From contig MU058540.1 of NCBI GenBank assembly GCA_013265495.1, positions 2,939,696 through 3,003,695 on the forward strand: DNA of 64,000 bases, in the 5' to 3' direction. This DNA is from Vicugna vicugna. Taxonomy: Eukaryota. The first letter of the stretch is position 1. Each line of letters opens with the position of its first letter. Of this stretch, positions 1-11,929 are shown in pieces. The position numbers and the translations under genes are program-made. The notes beneath the pieces were generated by a model. The model was not told the origin of the DNA. It ran no database searches and saw only the letters and a program-made list of their open reading frames with translations.

Positions 1-1177
1 ATTATCTGACATACATTTCAAAAATTTTCTCCTAGAAGAAATAAAAGCAAGAATAAACAAATGGGACCTAATGAAACTTACAAGCTTCTGCAGAGCAAAG
101 GAAACCAGAAATAAAACAAGAAGAAAACCTACGGAATGGGAGAAAATTTTTGCAAGTGAAACCGACAAAGGCTTGATCTCCAAAATATATAAGCAGCTCA
201 TACGACTCAATAAGAAAAAAATAAACAACCCAATCCAAAAATGGGCAGAAGACCTAAACAAGCAATTCTCCAAGGAAGACATACAAATGATCAAAAAGCA
301 CATGAAAAAATGTTCAATATCACTAATTATCAGAGAAATGCAAATCAAAACTACAATGAGGTATCACCTCACACCAGTCAGAATGGCCGTCATTCAAAAA
401 TCCAAAAATGACAAATGCTGGAGAGGCTGTGGAGAAAGGGGAACCCTCCTACACTGCTGGTGGGAATGCAGTTTGGTGCAGCCACTATGGAAAACAGTGT
501 GGAGATTCCTCAAAAGACTAGGAATAGACTTACCATATGACCCAGGAATCCCACTCCTGGGCTTGTACCCAGAAGGAAATCTACTTCAGGATGACACCTG
601 CACCCCAATGTTCATAGCAGCACTATTTACAATAGCCAAAACATGGAAACAGCCTAAATGTCCATCAACAGGTGACTGGATAAAGAAGATGTGGTATATT
701 TATACAATGGAATACTACTCAGCCATAAAAACCGACAACATAATGCCATTTGCAGCAACATGGATGCTCCTAGAGAATGTCATTCTAAGTGAAGTAAGCC
801 AGAAAGAGAAAGAAAAATACCATATGAGATCGCTCATATGTGGAATCTAAAAAACAAAAACAAACAAACAAACAAAAACAAAGCATAAATACAGGACAGA
901 AATAGACTCATGGACAGAGAATACAGACTTGTGGTTACCAGGGGGGTAGAGGGTGGGAAGGGATAGACTGGGATTTCAAAATTGTAGAATAGATAAACAA
1001 GATTACACTGTATAGCACAGGGAAATATACACAAAATGTTATGATAAATCACAGAGAAAAAAATGTGACAATGAGTGTGTATATGTCCATGAATGACTGA
1101 AAAATTGTGCTGAACACTGGAATTTGACACAACATTGTAAAATGATTATAAATCAATAAAAAATGTTAAAAAAAAAA
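1..1177 (+). mobile_element. Young LINE-1, 3' end (ORF2 C-terminus, 3' UTR, poly(A) tail); 5' part lies outside the window
   Basis: Frame is open from the window start to TAA at 848-850 and encodes the L1 ORF2p C-terminus with the CCHC motif ([18 protein letters not shown]). It is followed by a 3' UTR with a G-rich tract, AATAAA at ~1155 and an A tail to ~1177. Antisense to CPNE5. Confidence 0.97.
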
Positions 1178-2524
1178 GACTGAGGGAGAGACACAGCCCT
1201 GTCTTCAAGGAGCCCCAGTTTGAGAGGAGACACAGCCTTGCCTTCAGGGACCCCAGTCTGAGGAGAGACACACCCATGTCATCAGGGAATCCCAGTCTGA
1301 GGGAACACAGCCCTGCCCTCAGGGACCCTGAATCTGAGGGGAGACACAGCCCTGCCCTCAGGGAGCCCCCGTCTAAGGGAAGACACAATCCGGCCCACAG
1401 GGACCCTGAATCTGAGGGGAGACACAGCGCTGCCCTCAGAGAGCCCTAATCTGAGGTGAGACTAGACCCATCCTCAGGGAGCCCAGAATGAGGGGTAGCT
1501 CCAGCCCGAACTCAAGGAGCCCCAGTCTGAGGGGGGACACAGCCCTGCCCTCAGAGAGCCCCAGTCTGAGTGGAGACACAGCCCTCCCCTCAGGCACCCT
1601 GAATCTGAGGGGAGACACAGCCATGCCTTAAGGGACCCCAGTCTGAGGAGAGCCACAGCCCTGCCTCAGGGGAGACACAGCCTTGCCCTCAGACTGAGGG
1701 AAGACACTGCCTTGTACTCAGGGAGACTTGGTCTGAGGGGGAGACACAGCCCCATCCTTAGGGTACCCCAATCTGAGGAGAGACAAAGCCCTGCCCTTAG
1801 GGAGCCTCAGTCTGAGAGGCGACTAGCCTTATCCTCAGGGAGCCCCAGACTCAGGGGTAGCCCCAGCCCGAATTCAAGAAGCCCCAGTCTGAGGGGAGAC
1901 ACAGCCTTGCACTCAGGGAGCCTCAGTGAGGGGGAGACACAGCCCCGTTCTAAGGGTGCCCCAGTCTGAGGAGAGACAAAGCCCTGCTCAGGGAGCCCCA
2001 TTCTGAGGGAAGACACAGCCCTGCCCTCAGGGACTCTGAATTTAAGGGAAGACATAGCCCTGCCTTCAGGGACCCCAGTCTGAAGAGGGACACAGTCCTG
2101 CTGTCAGGGAGCCCCAGTCTCAGGGGGGACACAGCCCTGCCCTCAGGGAGCCTCAGTCTGAGTGGGAGACAGAGCCATGTCCTCAGGTTGCCCCAGTCTC
2201 AGGGGAGACACAGCCCTGCTCTCAGGGAGCCCCGATATGAAGGAAGACATGGCCCCAGCCTCAGGGAGCCCCAATCTTAGGAGAGACACAGCCCTGCCCT
2301 CTGGGGCCTCAGTCTGAGGAGAGACACAGCCCTGCCCTCAGGAAGCCCCAGTGTGAGGAAAGACACAGCCCTGCCCTTATGGAGCCCCAGTGAAAGGTGA
2401 TGACACGGAACTGCCTTCAAGGAGACTGAATTTGAAGGAGAAAGCTGTCCTGTCCTCAGTGAGCAGTAGTCTGAGAGGAGACACAGCCCTGCATTCAGCA
2501 AGTCCCAATCTGAGGGGAGACACA
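1178..2524. repeat. Diverged minisatellite, ~40-bp unit, roughly 33 copies
   Basis: Recurrent unit close to CAGTCTGAGGGGAGACACAGCCCTGCCCTCAGGGAGCCC. It explains the repetitive ORFs at 1146-2525. Confidence 0.95.
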
Positions 2525-4249
2525 TTTACACATGAACTAAATTGCTAGGTTAACTGATAATCACACATCTTGATTGTCTCTAAACAAAGCCCATAAATGC
2601 TGCATGGTTGCACCAGCAATGACTGGCTATGGAATAGAAGGAAACAACCTAGAGCACTCGTCTCAGCTTTTTCTGGACTAGAGGTTCCTAACAGAGGTCC
2701 ATGTACCCCCTGAAACTATAAGCAAAATGTGGGACACTTGTCCATGGAAGCATTGTTTTTTTGGAGAGCTTTCATCATATTTCTCAGAGGTCCATGAGGC
2801 TCAAAAGGCTGAGAAAAGATGGTTTAACTTCTTTCCAACAAGTTTCCCTAAGGATCCCTCCAACCTGTGGTAAAAGGTTGAGAGCACAGACTTGGAGCTT
2901 CAATGCTGGGTCTAAAACCCAGCTCTGCCCCTTATCTGTATGACCTCACTTAGCCTCAGTGCCTTAGTATCTCCATCTGTAAACTGGGGATAATAATAGT
3001 CCCTCTCCTATAGGTTTTCTGAGAATTAAAAGTTCATATATGCAAAACAGAACAGTGTCCAAAAATACAGTAAATTGCAATTCAATGCCTAGCATACAAT
3101 AAGTGCTCACAAAAGGCCTGTGGAGAACAAGATGGCTTCTACAGTTGTCTCATGTTCTCCCCTCCATGCTCCCTAATGCTGGGCTGGAGGAGGAACTTGA
3201 GTGCCCGCATGTCCTCACCCACCATTGCCTATCAGCTGTTGTACAGCCTTCACTGAGGAGATCAGACTGGGGACAGGTGAGCCACCATCAGGGAGAAACA
3301 GGAACCCTGAGGAGGCTGGAGAGACCCTGGGGCCTGAGGGGCCTGCCAGCAGCACCCCATTTCTCTATGGAGCAGTTCACCAAATATCTGGCCAACCCCA
3401 GACAGTCAGGGAGGGTGGGAGAGAGCCACATTAACCATTGATATAGCCTGCACCAAATCCTTTGTTGGGTACATAACCTATGACACCCTACTCACCCTAT
3501 GTATCAATTACATAGGGTACAAGGTACACATTCTATAGGCAAGGCAAGGCAGCTGGGGCTGAGGTGTGCCAGTGTTACTCAGCTTGCCAGGAACACTGAG
3601 ACTGAACTCTGAATCCTGAGCCCATTTGGAGGTGCCATGGGGAGCACCTGCATTACTAAAACCCAGGGTCTCCCCAAGCCCCACACAGGCCAGCAGTGCC
3701 CCTCACATTCTCACTCTCCCATTTCCCATCTCCAGTTTCATCAAGGCTGCTCCCAAAGGAACCGCTGAAGAGAACTGGAAGGCTCCCCATCACATCGCCA
3801 TCTCCCCTTGCCCTGCTCCCCATCCTAACAGGCAGGAAGACAAGGAGAGAGCTGAGGAGGAGAGGGACATTGGCACCCAGCCCCTGGCACTCACCCATCT
3901 CCCCTTTCAGATCCCATTTCTTACCCGTGTGCACTGTCTCTCTGCCAAGCAATCTGGCCAAGGTCTAAAAAGCAATTTTCACATGGCTTAAAGAACTTTC
4001 CTTCCTGGAGCTATTTGCATTTTTATTATTATTAATTATTATAATAATTGTTCCTCCTATGCTGAGTGACCAAGGGAAAAGAGCATAAGCTCTGGCTTCA
4101 GAATTGAAGCTGGAATCTCCACACAGCAACATGGTAATTCTGTGACCCTGGACAAGCTACTTAACCTCAGGTTCCTTATCTGTGTACTCAGTCACATATC
4201 TGCCTTGTGCAGTTGTTAAGCCACTAGCTTAAAATAGAAATGTAGGAAG

Positions 4250-5050
4250 CATGCTCAATTCTTCTCTCCCTTATGCCCCTTCTTGTCCCATTCATCAAGT
4301 CTTAAAATTTTTCTACTTCAAAAGCAAATCCCAAATCTGTCTACTCTTCCCCACGCCACCATCACTATTATCTCTCACTTGGACACCACAGTGGCCTCCT
4401 GCCTGGCAAAGCGTTTCAGTTCCTATCTCTACCCACCAGTCCATTCTCTTCACAGTAACCAGAAAAAATTTTTTAGAAGGCCAATCAGATCATGTTACTG
4501 CCAATTTAATCCCAGTCCTCAACTGCTGTTACAATAATAAACCAAACTCCTTAGCAGGGGCACAGGGCCATGATCTATACCTCTCGTTTCCTCTCTGGCC
4601 TCATCCTCTACTCCCCCAGCTCTCACACTGATCCAGACACACTACCCACCCCTCTGCAGTTTGGGAAGCATAGCAAGGTCTTTTCTGCCACAGGGCCTTT
4701 GTACCTGCTGTTCTCCCAGTCTGAATCACCCTCCCTGCAAATCTTCCCCCAGCTGGCTTTCTCTTCCTTTGGATCTCAGCTCAATATCACCCGCACATTT
4801 TGTCTAAAGTATCCCCAATAACTATAAGCTTATTTGTAGAACACTTATCTTGAGCAGACACATTGGGCTTGACTTTTAAGTGCATTTTTGTTTATATCCC
4901 CCCCTACCCTACCCCAATGTGAGTTCTATGAGAGGAGAAAGTTTGTCTGTCTTGTTCACCACTATAGCCTCAGCCCTTCTCATTATGCTTGGCACAGAGA
5001 AGACTCTCAATTGCAAATGAGGATCAGTATCAATTATCAAGTGACTGAAT
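4250..5050 (+). mobile_element. Ancient LINE-2 3' fragment
   Basis: L2-type motifs (ccattctcttcacagtaaccaga...aatcagatcatgtt; tgtgagttctatgagagg...gtctgtcttgttcacc). Boundaries approximate. Confidence 0.7.
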
Positions 5051-5784
5051 GTATTAGCAGACTTCAGTTACTGGTATCAGTTATCATTATTAAGTTTATT
5101 TAGCACATTCCAGTCTATACAGACCTTACAAACATAATCTCTTTGGTCTTCATAAGAATCCCTAATAGAATGTGAGCAGGACCAGTATTCCCCTACCCCT
5201 TCAATCCCTGCCCATTTTACAGACAGAGAGACTGAGGCTGGAGAACTTAATTGATCTGGCCAAGGTTTTAGAGAAGGTAAGGCAGGAATTTCACTGACTT
5301 TCAGTGCTTTGCCCAGGATTCTTCAAGGCGCAAAGGCATAAAGCTCTCCTATTGGGACCTTCAGGCACTATGCTAGGCCAGCAGAGGCAAGTGATGTTAG
5401 GGGACAGAGGCACCTTGCAATGTCATGGATTCAGGCTAAGTTTTTTTTTTTTTTTCTTGCCCAGAAAACTCACAGGAAAAGAGGTAGTCAGGGCTCCGGC
5501 CAAGCTGTGCTTGGAACATCAGTCCCCAGTCACTTAACACTAGCTGTCCACTGACGGTAGGAAAATCTGAGGAGCCAGTCCTCATAAATACCAAATTCTA
5601 GACTCCTTGTAGCCCCAGGAAGCCCAGGTAGCCTACGGGTCACTTGGAAAGCTTCCTTTTGGCAGAGGCCATGGCTGTCCACCCAGTAAGCATTCCTCAC
5701 TCCCTTCCTGCCAACAGAATCTATACTGGTTCAGGTGTCTTATGGAGATGCCCTGACGTTAGAGAAGGTAGGCTCTTGTTTCTT

Positions 5785-6163
5785 GTTACTATCAACTGAT
5801 TGCGTAACCCCAAAAATTAATACAATGAAACACTAACCCCAATGTAATAATATTTGGAGATGAGGTCTTTGGGAGGTAATAAGGGATATTTGAGGTCATC
5901 AGGGTGGAGCCTTCACAATGGGAATTAGTACCCTTATAAGAAGAGATACCAAAGAGCTTGTTCTGCTCTCTCTTTCTCCACCATGTAAGAGAACACTGAG
6001 AAGGTGGCCATCTGAAGCCAGGAAGAGAGTCCTCACCGGAACCTGACCATGCTGGCACCCTGATCTTGGACTTCCATCCTCGATAACTGTGAGAAACAAA
6101 CTTCTGTTGTTTAAGCCACCCAGTCTATGGTATTTTGTTATGGCAGCCCAAACTGACTAATAT
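5785..6163 (+). mobile_element. MaLR solo LTR (MLT1A/B-like), apparently nested in an older MLT1-like LTR (~5680-6540)
   Basis: Typical MLT1 3' end gtttaagccacccagtctatggtattttgttatggcagcccaaactgactaata. Internal gaaggtggccatctgaagccaggaagagag and tgatcttggacttcc. Confidence 0.8.
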
Positions 6164-7117
6164 GCTGCTCTAAGGTAGACACGAGACCAGGCTTTGACCA
6201 TTGAAATAGAAGGGTAAGTCTGCTAAGAGATTTGGAGAGGGATTATGCTCTCCAAATAAAAAGAACTTTCTAAAGAGAGGCTTTTGGCCCGACGCATTGC
6301 TTCCTGTCTTCAGATGTGGTTGTGATGCCTAGAACAGAGGCAGTCATTTTGTAACAATGAGGCCCACCATTTGGATGATGGCAGAATAGACAGCTGGGTC
6401 CTTGATGGTAAAGTGAGTTGGTAAACCAGAACTGAGATAAATGCCTACAGACTCACTGTGGTCTGAGAAAAATAAATGAATTTTGGGTTTGAGCCACTAT
6501 CAGATTTTCTGTTATCTATAGCCAAAGCATTCCTAACTGAACCTGAACCTGACTCTTCTGTGCCTCAAAGCTTATTCCAGCCTTATTCCCCTTACCTCCT
6601 CCCCACTCTCTCTTCCCAATAGCAGGTCATATTCAGTAAAGGCCTTAGGTCTGAGCAGGAAGAACTGTGGGCTGGGAGAGGAGGGATAGTAAGCTACTAC
6701 CATATGGTCTGGATGTCATGGAAGGCTGGCTGCCATCCCATGACTCTTCTTGGTCTCTGCTCCCTGGGGATTCCAACAGCTCTGGGTTTGCCTCCTAGAA
6801 CCAGAGGTATTCCTGAGCATGAAAGGCTTCTCTCATCCCTGGAGATAGAGTACCTACTTCCCAATTACGTCTACCATGGTTGGTACCCAGGCCTTACCAT
6901 GCTCTTCATCATTGGAGACCCCAGTCCTCAACTTCAAGAAGCCCTCAAGGCTTTGAAGTCTGAGGAAACTAGATTTGGATTCCCCTCTCCAAAATGTATT
7001 AACTGTACAGCCTTGGGTGGTTCCTTTAACCTGAGCCCTGATTTCCTAATCAGCAAAATGGGAAAATACTATTATCTACCTTACAGGATTGTTATAAGGT
7101 TAAAAAAGATACAATGA

Positions 7118-7793
7118 TTGTGGTAGGTAGAAATCTAAGATGGTCTCCAAGATTCTTGCCTCCTGGTGTACAAGTCTGCACAATCCCCTCCCCTTGAGTA
7201 TGAGTGGGACCTGAATATGATGGAATACTCACTTCTGTTACTTTATTTAAGTAGCAGACTGGGGAGAGAGTCTCTCGCTGACTTTAAAGAAGGAAGCTGC
7301 CTTGTTGTGAGAGGCCCACATGGCTAGGACCTGAGGGTGGCCTGTAGGAGCTAAGACGCCCGATCCAACAACTAGCAAGAACACAGGACTTTAATCTTAT
7401 AGCTGCAAGGAATTAAATTCTGCCAACAACCTAAATGAGCTTGGCTTGGACCCAAGCCTCAGATGAGATCACAGACCCTGCAGACACCTTGATTTCAGCC
7501 TGGGAGACCCAGAACAGAAAACCCAGCTATGTGGTGCCTGGGCTTCTGACCTAAAGAAACTGTGAGATAACAAATGGCTATTGTTTTAAGCCCCTACATT
7601 TGTGGTAATTTATCTTCTTTTCTTTTCTTTTTTTGGGGCGAGGGGGTAATTAGGTTTATTTATATATTTATTTTAATGGAGGTACTGGGGATTGAACCTA
7701 GGACCTTGCGCATGTTAAGCACGCGCTCTACCACTGAGCTATACCCTCCGCTCTGTGGTGATTTCTTATACAGCAATTGAAAACTAATACAAT
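7118..7793 (+). mobile_element. MaLR solo LTR (MLT1-like) interrupted by a SINE
   Basis: Starts tgtggtagg. Contains aattctgccaacaacc and gacaccttgatttcagcc. The end tgtggtgatttcttatacagcaattgaaaactaataca resumes after the SINE. Confidence 0.75.
7614..7752 (-). mobile_element. tRNA-derived SINE (camelid Vic-1-like)
   Basis: Minus strand reads GGAGGGTATAGCTCAGTGGTAGAGCGCGTGCTTAACATGCGCAAGGTCCTAGGTTCAATCCCCAGTACCTCC (A and B boxes), then an AT-rich tail. Flanked by imperfect TSD tgtggtRattt. Confidence 0.9.
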
Positions 7794-10700
7794 AATCTCA
7801 GTTTGGACCAAACTGCTATTTGAGTAGGTTAAAAACAGCTGAGTATAGGCAATTGCATATGGTTCAGCCTAACACAGACGTAAAGCACCTAGCACGTAGT
7901 AAGCACTCAATAAATCCCACTGTCATTATTCCCCTGGCTCCACTAAAGACTGCCGTGGAGCATTTAATGGCTGAATGGGCCTCTTTTTTTTTTTTTAGCA
8001 CTGCCTCTAACAGCTGCCACACTGCCCCCAGGCCCTTCTTTCCCCAAAGCCACCCTCCTCCTGCCTGTCAGAAGAATTCGTTCTGAGACCATTCACACCC
8101 CTTCTGAGAGGCTGAGGGCCCAGTTCTTGAGTGAGGCTGCGCCTCTCATGCCCCAGGGCAGCAAAATGCCAATCTGAAGAGACAGTAGAAAACAACATCT
8201 CTAGGGCAGCAGCAACAGCTGCCCACCAGCCCCACGCCAGCTGGAGGGGAGGGGACAGCTGCTTGAGCGATCCCAGCAGGGCTAAGCCACCGCCTCCCCT
8301 CCCTGCCTTCCCTATGGGTCTCCAGAGCCCCACCATGTAGAACTGTGCATTGCTTCTGCCAGCAAGACCCCATGGAAGTGCAAAGATTTCCTGTTACATA
8401 AAAAATGCAAATCGCTGTTTCTAACCAACACACTGGTCTGGATGTCTGCATCAGATGAAGCATAGAGACGTGAAAAATAGTGGGGGCCTTAGGGAATGGG
8501 ACACTGGACAGATGAGTTTTGACTGGGTCTTCAGGGAGGCTGATAAAGTCAGGAGAGGTCTGGAACAGATCATCAGGAGAAGGAGAAGCTTGTTCACTTT
8601 CTACAATGTCTGCTGGAATTTGGTTTCACAAACCATCTACCCTACTCACTTCCAAAACAACCCCTCAGAATCTTGAAATATATACAGTGTGTCATATATA
8701 TGTCAAAAAAGCTGGGGGTAAAAATAAGACTTTCTAGATAGATCAGAACTCCAGGACCCACAGGAACCCTGGGACCCAGCTATAGAGACAGATTTTTAAT
8801 TTACTTTCAGGTGTCAAACAATAGCAACATACATTACTATTCATGGATTAATCCATTTAATCCTTCTAACTGTGATAAGGATTATCAAGGATTATCATGC
8901 TTCCTTTACAGATGAGGAAACTAAGGTCCAGGTTAAGTACTTTACCCAAGGTCACAGGGATTTGAACTCAGGTAGGCAGACCTCATAGACTCATGTTCTT
9001 AAGCACTGAGCCAAACAACCAGAGGCTTTAAAATATTTGGCCTTGAGTTTACCCAAATCAGTAAAAACAATTGTTTAAGAATGGACTATAGGTTAGCCAA
9101 AGAGACACCAAACATGAAGCAGGGGCCCCAGACATGTCCATCCTACAGTGTCATCCGTAGTGGTCCTATGCTGGGACTCAAACTTGCTCCTGTCCCAGGC
9201 AGCTTTGTTCAGCTAGAAGTGTCCTCGAATAGGCATGGTAGGGGATCAGATCCTCCCCGGGGCAATAGTGGGGACCTCCTAGGGCTGCAGGGGTGGCAGG
9301 GACCTTCCTAAGGAGCGAGAGGGACGGGAACTAGCTCCCAGGAATGCTAGTTTCCAGTTCCCTTGAAACATTGGCCTCCTCATCCCCAGCTGCCCATTCT
9401 GAAGCCCCCCAGAGTTCTCAGCCCACCAACCCCTCTGCCTGCCCTACTATTGCCTGCCCATCAACAAGTGTCCCTTAGATACTCAGGGCAGGGGCACCCT
9501 ATAGCCTCCTCCCCTGGGGCCCAGTCAGTGCTGACCACGGAATGCAGGGGAGGAGAATTTAACTGTCATAATTGCTGGCCATGGAGTATAGAATATGCTG
9601 GAGAAAGCTATTCCTTGCAGCAGTTCTCTCTCCTCCCCCATCCTCCTCCTCTCTTCCTCCTTTTCCTTTTCTCTCCCCTACTCTCTCTCTCTCTCTCTTT
9701 CTCGATCTGTTCTAGAACCTGGGTAGTTGGACCTGGTTGAGGCAAAGAAATGGATTTATAATTTCAAGCCCACCCACATTATGTTCTTGCCTCCCCTCCA
9801 TTCCTCCCTCCTCACCCCTTCCTACTGAAAAACCCACTTCTCTACCCTCAGGCTTTTGGGAGGGCAGGAGCAGGGCCTGGATCGTGCCCTCCTTGGGCTG
9901 ATATCCTATGGAAGTGAATGGACACCAGGGTTGATACCAGAACCACATCCCCTGGGAACTCATATGTATTCTTAGGTACCTCTTAGGCAAAAGATTTGAG
10001 TCCTACGGACACCTCCACTTCCAGAGAGCAAATAGGAGAGGACAAGTGCTACTGCCTTACAGTAATCATTGTAGCTATTTGTTGAGCACCTACTGTGTGC
10101 AAAGCAAATGCAAAGTACCATGTTGGAGGCTTTGCAATCCTCTACTCCTGTAAATTAATCCCTCTAACTTGTTGGAGGAATTTTTTTTGAGTAGCTGCAA
10201 TGTCCGAGTAACAATTTCAAGCATGTGGTCTACTTCAGTGAACAAGTTTTCTCAATAAATACAGATTTGTTATTTATACTCGAAAAATGGGAGAAACTGA
10301 GTCTAAAAGTTTGCCCAAGTGGTGGAGCAGAATCCATTTTAAGGTTCCAAAGTCACAATGCTATGTGCCATCTGCCTCCTCTCCTCTCCACTGAAGCAGA
10401 GGGTTCATGGGTCTGAGTCAGGGGGGGGAATCCCTGCCCTCAAATGCTTATATAGTTACTTTGGGTGAAGAGGGACAAAGTCTACACACCTGAGATGTCT
10501 TCAGAGGTTTTGCGCTCAGTATGTGAGAGACCCTGTGGCCCAGGCTGAATACTCAGGACCCAGAGGACACAGAAGACAGTGATTCGGGCTGGGTTCTCAT
10601 AGGTGAGAAGGACGGCTGGAAGTGGGGTGCATGAGGCCAGGCTTTTCAGGATGGGGGGATATGAACTAACAGATGTGAAGGAGGGGTGAAATCTGGATGA

Positions 10701-11929
10701 GGAATGAGCTTTCAGAGGCTCTGAGGTGAGAAGGATCCTGAGACAGCTCTGACACAGGCACGACTGAAGCCTGGGAAGGAGTGGCAGGCGCAGGCATGTG
10801 TGTTTGGCAGAAGGGAGGCAGGCTGTGGCAGTGTTGATGGCTGAGGAGGTGAGACTGGAGCTAATGGGCCATTAGGAAACTCCCAGCAGAGTAATGGCAA
10901 GATGCAAATGGCCTTGGGAGATAATTCTGACAAAACTGTCTATGGGACTATGGGGGAGACATGCGGAAGTTATTGCAGGAGCCCCCAGCAGGGCCTGACA
11001 TACTTAAAGGCCCCCACCCTGAATCCTTCCCTTTCTCACGCCCTAACTCAGCTCCTCTGGCTCTATGTACTCCTCCCCAATGCCACAACTTGGGAATACA
11101 GGGTTGGGGGCCCATGAGGGTGGGTGAAAGGTCTGACCAATGAGGGGTCTGGAATATGATAGTGTGGGTGATTTTGAACAAGGGCACACCTAGGACCTTG
11201 GAAATGCTGTTGGTCATTTGGGACAGGGGAATGGTTTCTTCAGCAGAACCTAAATGGTGGGTAATGCATAGGCCACAGCGCCCCTCAAAGTCCCAGCAAG
11301 GCACAGGGTGACTGCACTAGGGAAAAATCCCCTCTCCCCCACATGTACCCCTTACTGCCTGGGGCAGCCGTCCCCTCAGATAGAACCTGGCAGAGACCCA
11401 GCTTAGGGGAAGAAGTTAGCCCCAAAGCCTGTGAGACATGACTGAGGATTTGGGGATGGTACCCTACAAAAACACTCCTCCCCCTCCCCTGCTGGACTCT
11501 AAAATTCCACACTCAGTGTTCTAGTCCTTTGGCTTAAGATTTTGTACCCAGGTTATGGATTTTTTTTTAATGGTGCCACTTGAAGTTGTTATCAGTTATC
11601 TACACCGCAATATAAATGAGTCAATCTGATCCTTTTCTTTCCAAGAGTCAGTTTGTTGTAGGAGATGAATTTAGAATCCTGGGATCTAGAACGGTGGATA
11701 GGTGAGGGGGGAGAGGATGAGGGTATTGGGGCAAAGGAAGGGGGAGAAAGGAGGAAAGGAGGGCACAAAGGCAGAGGCTGGGGACGCCAGGGAGGGATGA
11801 GGCGAATCACACTCCTCTGGATTTGGTGAGGGGATGCTCAGAAATAGACTGCGTGAAGATCCTAGTTATCCTTTCACGACTTCCCTCTCTCTACTCAGGC
11901 GCCTAGACCCCCATTCCTGTGTCTTCTCA

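Noticed and set aside
1178..2524. CRISPR-like array or repetitive protein ORFs
   Set aside because: Units are contiguous diverged tandem copies without unique spacers, the context is mammalian intron, and the ORFs merely translate the repeat.
7678..7752. tRNA gene (also 51175-51247)
   Set aside because: A and B boxes are present, but the AT-rich tails, TSDs and multiple diverged copies identify them as SINEs.
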